Shown in pieces: positions 33,444 to 43,634 of a DNA stretch of 64,000 nucleotides. Under the pieces are notes generated by a model. It worked only from the letters and a program-made list of their open reading frames with translations, did no database searches and was not told the DNA's origin. A program made the position numbers and the translations under genes. The DNA lies in NCBI GenBank assembly GCA_963736855.1, contig CAVTQK010000009.1, positions 256,001-320,000 on the forward strand, in the 5' to 3' direction. The stretch's first letter is position 1; each line of letters opens with the position of its first letter. The stretch is from an uncultured delta proteobacterium. Its GTDB lineage: Bacteria > Desulfobacterota > Desulfobacteria > Desulfobacterales > UBA2156.

Positions 33444-35885
33444 TCACCGCCAATCCGGAATCATGCTCCCCGAAGTACCCGGACGATAAGGAAGCCACCC
33501 CAGTCCAAAGATCTTCAGATGAATGTCCGTGCCCGCGGGATTCAACCGCATTTCTTCGATTTCCTGAGCGGCCGGGTCGAAAGAAGTTTCAAGGGCGGCA
33601 ATGTCTTCCTGGAGTCTGGTTTCCAATTCTTCGAGTTCCCGCTGAATGGTCTGTGCCGTTTCTGTGGCCCGGGCGACATCCATCTGTTCCTTCCCGATGC
33701 GGCTGGCCGATTTCATGGCCGTACCCACGCGGTACGTAGAGGTGGAGCTGATCGCTTTTCGACCCAGCAGGGCGCCCAGAATCGCAGACCCGAAGGAGAT
33801 CGCCGTTTCTACCTTCTTGCTCTTGGCCTGATCCTTTTCACGTTCTACGGCCTGTTCGGCCCGCAGGGACCGATTTTTCAGTGTGGTGAATTTTGAGGCG
33901 TACTTTTTCCGGATTTTTTCCACCTCAAGGTCTCGCTTCTCCCGCAGTTTTTGGGAGAGCCGAGCCCGGAACTGGCTTTCCGATTCACCAGGCCGGCTTA
34001 TTTCATTGTATGTCCGGGAATGATATAGCACCAAGGGTCGGTTTTGGCGGATCCATTGAATCCACTCTTTGTTCATCCTGCGATAGATCGTCGGGTCTTT
34101 GCCTGGGGAAGGAATATCGGAAAACACGGCTCCGGCAAGGGGTTGATCCTGAAGCCCGGAGGGGTCCAAGGATAGCTCCATGGATTGATTCCAGTCCACA
34201 AGGACAGGACCATCATAAAGTTCGGCAGCCAGAAAAACCGCTTCGTCTGTATAAAGATTATGCTTGGGGCTGGAGTAATGCACTTGCGCATGGCCGATGA
34301 AGGCAGGATGATAAACAAGACCTTGACCGGCACCGGATGCCGGCAGGTAAAAAACCGGTATTTCCGGTGGGAGCACAGGCGGGGCGTTCAAGGCCTGAGG
34401 TTGAGCCGGGGTAGAAGGTGTGAACGAAGCAGGCGACCCAGGCCGGATCTCCGCCGCAGGGGCTTGAGAAGGAAATGCCTCCGGCAGGTTCTGGGTCAAT
34501 GCTTTAATCTGTTGACGGGTCATGGGGCCCCGCAAATATGAAAGGGCCCAGCGGGACTGAAATATAACGGGAGCATTTTCATGGACGTTATGAAGGAGAA
34601 ATACCCGCTGACCCAATCCGGACAGCAGGTTTTCCATTTGACTACGCCCGAAACTGGCTCTGGAAGCACCCTGGAGGCCGTCCAAGACCCGGGCTTTGTC
34701 TTGTTCCGTCTGGAGTCGTCCTAAAAACCAAGTCCCGGTGTTGGAAAGCCCTTTATAATCCAGGTCCACAGGATTTTGAGTCGCCAGGACCACACCCAGG
34801 CCGAAGGCCCGCGCCTGTTTGAGGAGGGTTAAAAGCGGCGCTTTGGAAGGCGGGTTTTTCACCGGGGGAAAATATCCGAAAATCTCATCCATGTATAGGA
34901 TAGCGCGGAGGCTCGGAGTGCCGGGCTGGGTACGCATCCAATTGAGGACTTCATTTAAGAGCATGGAAACAAAAAACATCCGTTCGGTGTCCGACAGGTG
35001 ACTGATGGTGAAAATGGAGGCGCGTGGTTTGCCGGAGGAAGTGTAAAGAAAGCTGCCGATGTCCAGGGGAGCGCCCTCCATCCAGGCTTCAAATCCAGGA
35101 GCTGCGAGAAGGCTGTTCAGCCGCATGGCCAGATTGAAGCGCTCTTTGGAGGGATAGAAGGATTCAAGGTCCATGATGCCGACGCGCTCGAAGGGAGGCG
35201 TCTGGATGGCGTGAATCAAACCGGCGAGATCGACCCCTTTTCCGGAAGCCCAAAGGGCGCTGAATATATTGGATATCAGGATGTGTTCCCGACTTGAGAT
35301 GGGGTCGGCCTCGATATTCAGAAGAGACAGAAGGCTCGTAGCCGTGTTTTGGATCCGTTCCCGGAGAAGATCGGTATCCTGGAGAACAGCAGGGCTCGGG
35401 GGGTTGAAATTCCTCAAGACGCTTACCGGGAATCCGGCATTGCTTCCCGGGGTATAGACTGCAAAATCGGCGCTTTCCCTGAGCTTGGCGATCCGTTCAG
35501 GTGCTTGATGCCAATCTGCCAGCCCTTTTTTCCAGGTTGCGGCCTGTTTTTCGGCGTATTGCTCCGGGGTGAGACCGTTTTTAACCGCATTTTGCTCGTC
35601 GATCCAGGGAAGAAAATCCGCCCCTTTCAGGGAAGGAAAAGTCAAAAGAAGGTTGGGAAGGTCCCCCTTGGGGTCGATGGCGATGACCGGAATGGCATCG
35701 ATGAGGGCTTCTTCGATGAGTCCGATGGCAAGTCCGGTCTTGCCGCTTCCGGTCATGCCGATGATGACGGCGTGGGTGGTCAGGTCTTTGGAATCATAGA
35801 GGACGACCTCATCCGTCAATCGTTTTTCATCCGCATTGTAAACTTTACCCAGATAAAAGGCGCCAAGCTTTTCATAATCGAGCAT
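33444..35885 (-). CDS. HerA/FtsK-superfamily P-loop ATPase with C-terminal coiled coil
   Basis: LTTHAVIIGMTGSGKT, AIDPKGD, YMDE, ARAFGLGVVLATQNPVD and LGRLQ. RBS AAGGAGGG before MLDYEK. Confidence 0.85.
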   Translation of the reverse strand: MLDYEKLGAFYLGKVYNADEKRLTDEVVLYDSKDLTTHAVIIGMTGSGKTGLAIGLIEEALIDAIPVIAIDPKGDLPNLLLTFPSLKGADFLPWIDEQNAVKNGLTPEQYAEKQAATWKKGLADWHQAPERIAKLRESADFAVYTPGSNAGFPVSVLRNFNPPSPAVLQDTDLLRERIQNTATSLLSLLNIEADPISSREHILISNIFSALWASGKGVDLAGLIHAIQTPPFERVGIMDLESFYPSKERFNLAMRLNSLLAAPGFEAWMEGAPLDIGSFLYTSSGKPRASIFTISHLSDTERMFFVSMLLNEVLNWMRTQPGTPSLRAILYMDEIFGYFPPVKNPPSKAPLLTLLKQARAFGLGVVLATQNPVDLDYKGLSNTGTWFLGRLQTEQDKARVLDGLQGASRASFGRSQMENLLSGLGQRVFLLHNVHENAPVIFQSRWALSYLRGPMTRQQIKALTQNLPEAFPSQAPAAEIRPGSPASFTPSTPAQPQALNAPPVLPPEIPVFYLPASGAGQGLVYHPAFIGHAQVHYSSPKHNLYTDEAVFLAAELYDGPVLVDWNQSMELSLDPSGLQDQPLAGAVFSDIPSPGKDPTIYRRMNKEWIQWIRQNRPLVLYHSRTYNEISRPGESESQFRARLSQKLREKRDLEVEKIRKKYASKFTTLKNRSLRAEQAVEREKDQAKSKKVETAISFGSAILGALLGRKAISSTSTYRVGTAMKSASRIGKEQMDVARATETAQTIQRELEELETRLQEDIAALETSFDPAAQEIEEMRLNPAGTDIHLKIFGLGWLPYRPGTSGSMIPDWR

Positions 35886-36132
35886 GTTTCCCTCCTTCTG
35901 GTGCGTTAAGATCGAAACGTACAACAATTGTCGCATATCGGAAGACGGACAGTTCTGTCAAGATCGGTTCATGATTGAGGATATTCGAAACAGTCTGTTT
36001 GTTCTCTACTCACTTATGGTGTAGGAATAAAATTCTCGTTCGTAACGCAGTAGAATCTAAAAAAATCGGATCTCAAAGATAAGGCCGTATGCTTTGTTTT
36101 CCCATCGTACCCTTTTCCCACGGGAGGAAATC

Positions 36133-36975
36133 ATGGATTCTGATTTGAAACACGCGTTGTCTCCATTCCTTCAAATTTTAGGTATGGATGAAGAACCTAT
36201 GGGAATCTATTTTTCTGAAAACAAGGTTCCAGATAGTCTTTCTCCGGGCATTCTGGCCCTTCCCACCCGGGAAAAGGAGATGCAAAACGCCATCGACTGG
36301 CAATCCGTTTTCGGCGGCTTTTCTTGTGTCATGGGGACCCTTTGGAGGGCGCGGAAAAAGAGGGTTCCGGCATGTTTTTCCGCAGAGCAATTCGGTTGTC
36401 CGGGAGGGGCTTTCTGGATGGGTTTCTTAAAGCCCCAGACCGAAACCATCATCCATTATGTGAGCACCGGAGTGCCGGGGCAGATGGAGGGGGAACGTTA
36501 CTGTAATTCACCCGATTCCCTAAGAGCCATGTTCGAATATGTGGACCCCCGACCGGCCCCGAAGCCGTTTTGCGTGATCCAACCCCTATCTCTCTTTCCC
36601 AGCACAGAAGACCCGGAGTTGGTAACCTTTTTTTCCCGGCCGGAATCCCTTTGCGGGCTCCATCAGCTGGCGGCTTTTGTCACCAACGATCCGGAGGTGG
36701 TCTGCTCTCCCTGGAGCGCCGCCTGCGGCAGCCTGGTGGCATGGCCTCTGCATTACCTTGAAAGAGGGAAAAATAAAGCCGTGGTGGGAGGATGGGACCC
36801 ATCGGCGCGCAAATTCTATAAAACTGATGAGCTTTCATTTACGGTTCCTTTTCCCATGTTCATGCATATGATCCGCCAATACGAAGAGTCTTTCCTGAAA
36901 GAAAAAACCTGGCAGACTGTATTAAAAAAAGTGGATAGATCAAAGCGGGCTTGGGGTGAGGCGCCTGCAAAGTGA
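36133..36975 (+). CDS. DUF169-like protein
   Basis: EPMGI, SCV, FGCPGG, SAACGS, AVVGGWDPSARKF and ELSFTVP. Confidence 0.75.
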   Translation: MDSDLKHALSPFLQILGMDEEPMGIYFSENKVPDSLSPGILALPTREKEMQNAIDWQSVFGGFSCVMGTLWRARKKRVPACFSAEQFGCPGGAFWMGFLKPQTETIIHYVSTGVPGQMEGERYCNSPDSLRAMFEYVDPRPAPKPFCVIQPLSLFPSTEDPELVTFFSRPESLCGLHQLAAFVTNDPEVVCSPWSAACGSLVAWPLHYLERGKNKAVVGGWDPSARKFYKTDELSFTVPFPMFMHMIRQYEESFLKEKTWQTVLKKVDRSKRAWGEAPAK

Positions 36976-36988
36976 GGTGTTATAAAAA

Positions 36989-38467
36989 CTAACGGATATA
37001 CAACTCGTAGATTTTCCTGAAGTGATGGCCGTAGATGGAGAGGGTGATGGCCAGAGGAAAAAGCCGGGGCCTCCGGAAAAGTGTCCATAGGATGAGATAC
37101 CAGTACTGAAACCGTTCCCTCCCCCAGAAGCCGAGTCTCACCGCCGAGCGGAAAAAAGCAAGAATCCTCTGGAAGTCTAACGGAACACGGACTTCCGGCG
37201 TTTTAAATTCCTTCAGAAAGGTTCGAATTCGCCGGTAAAAGTTGCGGGGAGAATAAATATGACGCATGATGGACCGGTACCCCTGCATAAGCGTTTCCAG
37301 TCCCATTTTGGGAATGATGTTGGTGCTTCCGTCCACGTTGTCGCCTGAAAAGGTTCCGACGACCCGATTTTCCCGGCGGAGCCGATCGAATAGGCGTGTT
37401 CCCGGCGGCGCCTGGAGGAGCCCCACCATTGCCGTGACAATCCCGCTTTTCTGAATAAATTCAATCTGATGCTGAAATGTGGACTGGGTGTCGCTGTCAA
37501 AGCCCACGATGAATCCGCCCTGGACCTGCAGCCCGTACCGCTGTATGGTTCTAACACTCTCCAACAAATCCCGATTCTTGTTTTGGCTTTTTAAACATTC
37601 CGTCAGTGAGTCTTCATCCGGGGATTCGATGCCGATAAACACGGAATCGAAACCGGCTTTGACCATCATCTCCATCAGTTCCGGATCATCGGCCAGGTTG
37701 ATGGAGGCTTCCGTGAAAAAGATGCACCCTTTTTTATCTTTCCGCCATTGTATCAATGCAGGCAGCAATTCGGTCTTCAGGTACTTCTTATTGCCGATGA
37801 AATTGTCGTCGACAAAAAAAATATTGGCGTGCCATCCCGTTTCATAAATGGCATTAAGCTCCGCGATGATCTGTGAAGCGGATTTCACTCGAGGCTTTCG
37901 ACCGAATAAAACCGTGACGTTGCAGAAATCGCAGTTGAAGGGACATCCCCTGGAAAATTGGATGCTCATGGAAGCGTATTTATTGATTTTGGCCAGGCTC
38001 CAGAGGGGAATAGGAGTTTGAGCCAAATTGCAGTAACCGTCGGCCCGGTAGATTTTTTTTGCAGACCCTTTTTCAAGGTCCTGAAGAAACAGAGGCAGTG
38101 TAATTTCGGCTTCGTCGAGAACCAGATGATCCACTTCTTCAAAGGCATCCGGCTCACAGGTGAAAAGCGGGCCGCCGGCGACCACCCTCAGTCTCCTTTC
38201 TTTGCATCGGGTGATAATCTGTTTGGCTGACTTGTGCTGGATCATCATTCCTCCGATGAAGACGATATCCGCCCAATCCAGATCGTCATCGGAAAGCCGT
38301 TCCACATTGAGATCCACCAAGCGCTTGGACCAGGATTTAGGCAACATGGCCGCTATAGTCAATAGGCCGAGAGGCGGATAGGCGGATTTTTTGCGAATAA
38401 AAGTCAGTGCATAGGCGAAACTCCAGAAAGTATTAGGAACAGCGGGATTCAGAAGAAGTGCATTCAT
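36989..38467 (-). CDS. B12-binding radical SAM protein (DUF4070-type C-terminus)
   Basis: TFWSF, PPLGLLT, GGP, SRGCPFNCDFC (CxxxCxxC), FVDDNFIGN and GFIVGFD. Confidence 0.92.
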   Translation of the reverse strand: MNALLLNPAVPNTFWSFAYALTFIRKKSAYPPLGLLTIAAMLPKSWSKRLVDLNVERLSDDDLDWADIVFIGGMMIQHKSAKQIITRCKERRLRVVAGGPLFTCEPDAFEEVDHLVLDEAEITLPLFLQDLEKGSAKKIYRADGYCNLAQTPIPLWSLAKINKYASMSIQFSRGCPFNCDFCNVTVLFGRKPRVKSASQIIAELNAIYETGWHANIFFVDDNFIGNKKYLKTELLPALIQWRKDKKGCIFFTEASINLADDPELMEMMVKAGFDSVFIGIESPDEDSLTECLKSQNKNRDLLESVRTIQRYGLQVQGGFIVGFDSDTQSTFQHQIEFIQKSGIVTAMVGLLQAPPGTRLFDRLRRENRVVGTFSGDNVDGSTNIIPKMGLETLMQGYRSIMRHIYSPRNFYRRIRTFLKEFKTPEVRVPLDFQRILAFFRSAVRLGFWGRERFQYWYLILWTLFRRPRLFPLAITLSIYGHHFRKIYELYIR

Positions 38468-38799
38468 TGGAAAACCAACCCTTTAAAAGGGGTTTCGAAA
38501 TAGATATCAGTCTCACCGGAAAAATACCATAAAAGCACATATCAATCCTATCCGGCCATGTCAATTCAATTCTGAGCATCTTCATATAAACCCTGCTGTT
38601 GCAACTGCAGGGTAAAATCAACCGGAAATGCCGGTTAAAATGAATAACACAGTCACAAGAAATCATCGACACCATATGAAAAAATCATTAAAATGACCGT
38701 TGAAAAAAAAGGGAAAGCGCTTGTATACTGATTGGAAAGGTTGCAAGGGGAAAAACGGTGGCAAATTAAGTAGAATGGTTGTGCAGGGAGGATATCTCG

Positions 38800-40815
38800 A
38801 TGGCCTCGAAACCGACCGATGATGAATTAAAACAAAAGATTAACAAGCTTGAGAAGGAAGCTTCCGAGCTGAAGCAAACGATTGAATCGCTGCGAGGCAG
38901 TGAGAGCAAATTCCACGCTTTTTTCGGGAATAGTCTGGACGCATTGTTCATCACGATGCCGGATGGTCGGATCCTGGAAGCAAATCCCGCAGCCTGCAGG
39001 ATGTTCGGTTACACGGAAGAGGAGCTAATCCAAGGAGGAAGAAATTTAGTGGTGGCCCTGGATGATCCGAGATTGCCCCCTGCTTTGGAAGAAAGACGCC
39101 TGACGGGTAAATTCATCGGGGAACTGACCTTTAAGCGTAAAGACGAGACCAGATTTCCGGCGGAAATCAGCTCTGTGATTTTTAAAAGCAGAGAAGACGA
39201 TGAACGGGTCAGCATCATCATCCGGGATATTCAAAGGCGCAAGGCCACGGAGCAGGCGTTGCGGGAAAGCGAGGAACGGTTTCGTTTTCTGACCGAAACC
39301 GTATCGGATATCATTTGGACGGTGGATCTAAATTTGAGCACCACCTACGTAAGCCCTTCCATCGAGAGGGTCCTGGGTTTCACGCCGGAGGAACGAAAAA
39401 GACAACGGGTGGAGGAGGTTTTGACACCGCGATCCCTGAAGTTGATCCAAGTATTGTTTGCCGAGGAACTTGCAAAAGAGAAAGACAAGTCGGTGGACCC
39501 GGGTCGTTCCATGACCATCGAAGTCGAGTATTATCACAAGGACGGGACGACTGTTTGGCTTGAAAACGCCATGAAATGGATCCGTGATAAAAAAGGCGCC
39601 ATTATCGGGATTCATGGGGTGTCACGGGATATTTCGAAGCGCAAGAAGGCACAGATCGAGCGCGATAAACTGCATGCTCAACTCATACAGGTTCAAAAAA
39701 TGGAATCGGTGGGCAGGCTTGCGGGAGGGGTGGCCCATGATTTCAACAACATGCTGGGGGTCATCCTGGGTCGAGTGGAAATGATGCTCATGGGAATGAA
39801 ACCAGGAGATTCTTCTTTTGAGGATTTGGAGGAGATCCAAAAAGCGGCTCGGCGTTCGGCGGATCTTACCCGACAGCTTCTGGCTTTTGCACGAAGGCAA
39901 GCGATTGCGCCCAAGGTATTGGATCTCAACGATGTGGTGGAGGGGATGCTTAGCATGCTTCGGCGTTTGATCGGAGAGAATATCGACCTCGTATGGCATC
40001 CCGATACCCGGATTTGGCCGGTGAAGATGGACCCGGCCCAGGTGGATCAGATCCTTGTCAATCTGTGTGTGAATTCCAAAGATGCGATTGCCGGGTCAGG
40101 AACCGTCACCATCGAAACGGAAAACGTGATCTTCGATGATGCCTATTGCGAAAAACATGCGGGGTCTAAGCCGGGGCAATACGTCCTGCTGGCGGTCAGC
40201 GACGACGGCTGCGGAATGGATAAAGAAACACAATCGCATCTTTTTGAACCTTTTTTCACCACGAAGGAAGTGGGAAAAGGGACCGGCTTGGGTCTGGCCA
40301 CCGTTTACGGCATTGTCAAGCAGAACAACGGCTATGTCGATTTCCAGAGTGACCGGGGTCAAGGGACCACCTTTCGGATTTATATCCCAAAAAATGAAGG
40401 GGATGTTGTCAAGGAAGCGGCGGCAGGTTCCACGGAAAAGCCCAGGGGTCGTGGAGAGACGATTCTTCTGGTTGAAGACGAACCCGGGATACTGGCCATG
40501 GGAAAGGCGATGCTGGAGCGATTGGGGTATGCCGTTTTTTCGACCTCGGATCCGTATTATGCCCTGGATTTGGCCAAAAAACATTCCGGAAAATTTCATC
40601 TATTGATGACCGATGTCGTGATGCCCAAGATGAGCGGAAAAGACTTGGCCGAACAGGTGAAGGTCCTGAACCCGAAGATTAAGATTTTATTTATGTCCGG
40701 TTATACCGCGGACGTGATCGTCCACCATGGCGCAATCGATGGAGGCACGCGGTTCATCCAGAAGCCTTTTTCGATGAAGGATCTTTCCGCAGCCATTCAG
40801 CAGGCGCTGGGATAA
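38800..40815 (+). CDS. Cytoplasmic PAS-domain hybrid sensor histidine kinase/response regulator
   Basis: Two PAS domains, LAGGVAHDFNN, NLCVNSKDA, EPFFTTK, GTGLGL and a REC domain (LVEDE, TDVVMP, QKPF). Confidence 0.95.
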   Translation: MASKPTDDELKQKINKLEKEASELKQTIESLRGSESKFHAFFGNSLDALFITMPDGRILEANPAACRMFGYTEEELIQGGRNLVVALDDPRLPPALEERRLTGKFIGELTFKRKDETRFPAEISSVIFKSREDDERVSIIIRDIQRRKATEQALRESEERFRFLTETVSDIIWTVDLNLSTTYVSPSIERVLGFTPEERKRQRVEEVLTPRSLKLIQVLFAEELAKEKDKSVDPGRSMTIEVEYYHKDGTTVWLENAMKWIRDKKGAIIGIHGVSRDISKRKKAQIERDKLHAQLIQVQKMESVGRLAGGVAHDFNNMLGVILGRVEMMLMGMKPGDSSFEDLEEIQKAARRSADLTRQLLAFARRQAIAPKVLDLNDVVEGMLSMLRRLIGENIDLVWHPDTRIWPVKMDPAQVDQILVNLCVNSKDAIAGSGTVTIETENVIFDDAYCEKHAGSKPGQYVLLAVSDDGCGMDKETQSHLFEPFFTTKEVGKGTGLGLATVYGIVKQNNGYVDFQSDRGQGTTFRIYIPKNEGDVVKEAAAGSTEKPRGRGETILLVEDEPGILAMGKAMLERLGYAVFSTSDPYYALDLAKKHSGKFHLLMTDVVMPKMSGKDLAEQVKVLNPKIKILFMSGYTADVIVHHGAIDGGTRFIQKPFSMKDLSAAIQQALG

Positions 40816-40954
40816 AAATAACACATTAAAAAAAAGCATCGGTTCGTTAGAAAATTGGTCACGGGGATAGGTTTTGAAATTTCCAGACACTTGCGGACCT
40901 TCAATGCGTCGGATTCCGCCTTTTCGCTTAACACATAAAAGTGGAGAAATCGAA

Positions 40955-42481
40955 GTGAAAAAGATTATCCTTGAAATCCTGTCCATGTGGGTCCTTGTTT
41001 TATGTTTCGGGCTGTCATTTGAGGTCGGCACGGCGGAGAGCGCAGACCAGCAGAAAAATTCAGTCAAACTGATTTTCATTCATCATTCCTGCGGGGAGAA
41101 CTGGCTTGCCGACGAAAACGGAGGGCTTGCGCGAGAACTTGAAAAAAACCATTTTTTCGTCAGCGACACGAACTACGGATGGGGATTGGATTCCATCGGG
41201 GATCGCACGGATATCATCAACTGGCCCGAGTGGTTCGTCGAAGAGCGTTCCGCGAAAATACTGAACGCTCTTTATAAAGAAAGCGGCGTTCACTCGCCAT
41301 ACAGGAGGAAGATCGGCGATCCCGGCGGAGAGAACGAAATCATCATGTTCAAATCCTGCTTTCCGAACTCGAACCTTGAGGGGAATCCGAAAGATCTGCC
41401 GTCGTCGGGGATGGACGGGGAACAGACCGTGGCGAACTCGAAAGGAGTCTACAACCGACTTCTCAAATATTTCGCCGCAAGACCGGACAAACTCTTCATC
41501 GCCGTGACAGCGCCTCCTGTCAGCGATTCCAGACACGCGAAAAACGCTCGCGCCTTCAATCTGTGGCTTGTCCATGACTGGCTGAAAGACTATCCCCTCA
41601 AAAATGTCGCCGTATTCGATTTCTACAACGTTTTGACGGGAAGAGAGAATCACCATCGTGTGAAAAATGGAAAAATCGAGCATGTCTGCATCACCGGAAG
41701 AAACACGCTTCAATATCCCGCAGGACCCGGAGACGACCACCCCTCAGCCGAAGGAAACCGCAAGGCGACTGCGGACTTTGTTTCGTTGCTGAACCACTAT
41801 CATGGGGAATGGAGGGCTTCAAAGCCTGAGCCTCTACGGACCTCACAGTCCCTTCCTGCACCCCAAGCGCAACGTGACACCAGCGAAAAAGCACCTCAAA
41901 AACAAATTATAACACCGGAAGCCGAAACAGAAAAAAAGATCGGGAAAAAAGACGATCCCACACAGGCCGCGGATAGTCTGATCGACAGCTTTGACAAAGA
42001 GCTATCCGGCTGGGAGGTGTTCAAGGATGACGGCAAAAGCGGAACGAACCTTGTTTTCGCACTGAATAAAGGCGATAAGGCGGGCGGGACCGGCTCTTTA
42101 TCCATCCAATATCATCTGCCGCCGCAAAGCTGGGCGACTTGCGCCAAAGTCTTTTCCGAATCACGAAGCTGGAAGTCATGGAACGGCATTTCATTCAAAG
42201 TCAAAGGGGCCGGGGATTTCTGTGTTTTCTTATATGAAAAAGAAAAAAATGGAGATGGGCTTTTGATATTTGAGCGAAAGCTGAGCCACGCCGATCGGAA
42301 ACCCGATGGTTGGACCGAAATCAGGACACCCTGGAAAGACTTCAGACAGCCGGAGTGGCAGGGAGATCCCTCGGTCACTTTCAAACCCGAGGAAGCCAAG
42401 GGGCTCGCTTTTCATTTCACCAGTGCCGCTGAGAGCCAAGAAGGAAAAGTCCATATTGACGATGTGATGTTGTTTAAATGA
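40955..42481 (+). CDS. Secreted protein: SGNH-like N-terminal domain, linker, CBM11/CIA30-like beta-sandwich
   Basis: Signal peptide, FIHHSCG...FKSCF...GDDHP, a Pro/Gln/Glu-rich linker and IDSFD...WKSWNGISF...WTEIRTPWKDF...IDDV. Confidence 0.6.
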   Translation: MKKIILEILSMWVLVLCFGLSFEVGTAESADQQKNSVKLIFIHHSCGENWLADENGGLARELEKNHFFVSDTNYGWGLDSIGDRTDIINWPEWFVEERSAKILNALYKESGVHSPYRRKIGDPGGENEIIMFKSCFPNSNLEGNPKDLPSSGMDGEQTVANSKGVYNRLLKYFAARPDKLFIAVTAPPVSDSRHAKNARAFNLWLVHDWLKDYPLKNVAVFDFYNVLTGRENHHRVKNGKIEHVCITGRNTLQYPAGPGDDHPSAEGNRKATADFVSLLNHYHGEWRASKPEPLRTSQSLPAPQAQRDTSEKAPQKQIITPEAETEKKIGKKDDPTQAADSLIDSFDKELSGWEVFKDDGKSGTNLVFALNKGDKAGGTGSLSIQYHLPPQSWATCAKVFSESRSWKSWNGISFKVKGAGDFCVFLYEKEKNGDGLLIFERKLSHADRKPDGWTEIRTPWKDFRQPEWQGDPSVTFKPEEAKGLAFHFTSAAESQEGKVHIDDVMLFK

Positions 42482-42633
42482 GGCATCTAAGGAAGATTCT
42501 CGAAGTACCCTTGGGATTCAAAGAGTTTCTGCCAGCAGGTAACTTTCAGTACCCAAAGCGACCGGCGTTTGTCGGGAAGTCAGAAATCCGATATATTCAA
42601 ACAGTGATCCTTAAATCTGTATAAGGAGGCTTT

Positions 42634-43621
42634 ATGGCATTACAGCCGATCCCCGTCGATATACAGCAACACCTCTTTGCCCAAATGGTCTTGATCCGTC
42701 GGTTTGAAGAAAAGATCATCGACCTCTGTCAGAAGGAAGGCTGCCTGTCTGGTATGCAGATTCTTGCCGTGGGACAGGAAGCCGTTGCCGCGGGAATCGT
42801 TGCCGCGCTCGATCCGGACGATGTCATCGTGAGCAACCACCGCAGCCATGGTCATCTGCTGGCCCGTGGGGCGGATCCTAGTGCGTTAATGGCTGAAATC
42901 ATGGGCAAGGCCGACGGCGTCGGCGCGCGGCAAGGCCGGCACCCTGCATCTGTCCGTACCCGAAGTCAATGCCCTGATGACCTCCACGGTGGTGGGGGCG
43001 GGCCCGCCCATGGCGGCAGGAGCGGCCTTTGCCCAGCAGTACCGTGCCACGGGCGGTGTGACCGTGGTTTTTTTCGGCGACGGGGCCGCGGCCGAGGGGA
43101 GCGTTCATGAAGCCATGAACCTGGCGGGTCTTTGGAAACTGCCGCTGCTGTTCGTCTGTGAGAACAACTGCTGGGCCGGGGCCCAGAAGCCATCCGAGCA
43201 CTGTTCCACCCAGGATATTTCCAAGAGGGGCAATGCTTATGATATGCCGGGAGTCAAAGTCGACGGCAACGATATCGAACAGGTCTATGACTTGGCCAAG
43301 AAAATGGTTGCGCACTGCCGCAGCGGCCGGGGGCCTGCGTTGATCGAAGCCAAAACCTACCGAATGCGCGGCCATGGCGAAAAAGACCGGCAGCATTACG
43401 TGGATCGAAGTGAAATCGAGTACTGGGCAAAACTCTGTCCGGTGGCCAGGTATCGTCAAAAGCTGCTTGACGGAGGCGCCATCAGTGAGGCAAAGCTTTC
43501 GGAAATAGAACGGCAGGCTGTCGAGAGAGTCGAAGCTGCTGTGGCTTTTGCCGAAAAAAGCCCTTACCCCGAACCCGAATCCGCCCTTTCCGATGTCTGG
43601 ACGGCGCCTGAAACCACCTGA
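42634..43621 (+). CDS. TPP-dependent dehydrogenase E1 alpha subunit (acetoin/pyruvate-type; frameshifted at ~42925)
   Basis: GQEA, SNHRSHGH, FFGDGA...ENN and YRMRGH. Removing one G at ~42925 gives GVGRGKAGTLHL. Confidence 0.88.
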
Positions 43622-43634
43622 AAGGAAACCGAAA

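Noticed and set aside
33444..35885. HerA-based anti-phage defence system
   Set aside because: No adjacent effector (SIR2, nuclease, DUF4297) and no defence-island context.
36973..37020. Sec read-through at other UGA stops (DUF169 gene here; likewise mobB, ahcY, MFS)
   Set aside because: No Cys-like context or GGU-loop hairpin, and the proteins appear complete at the stop.
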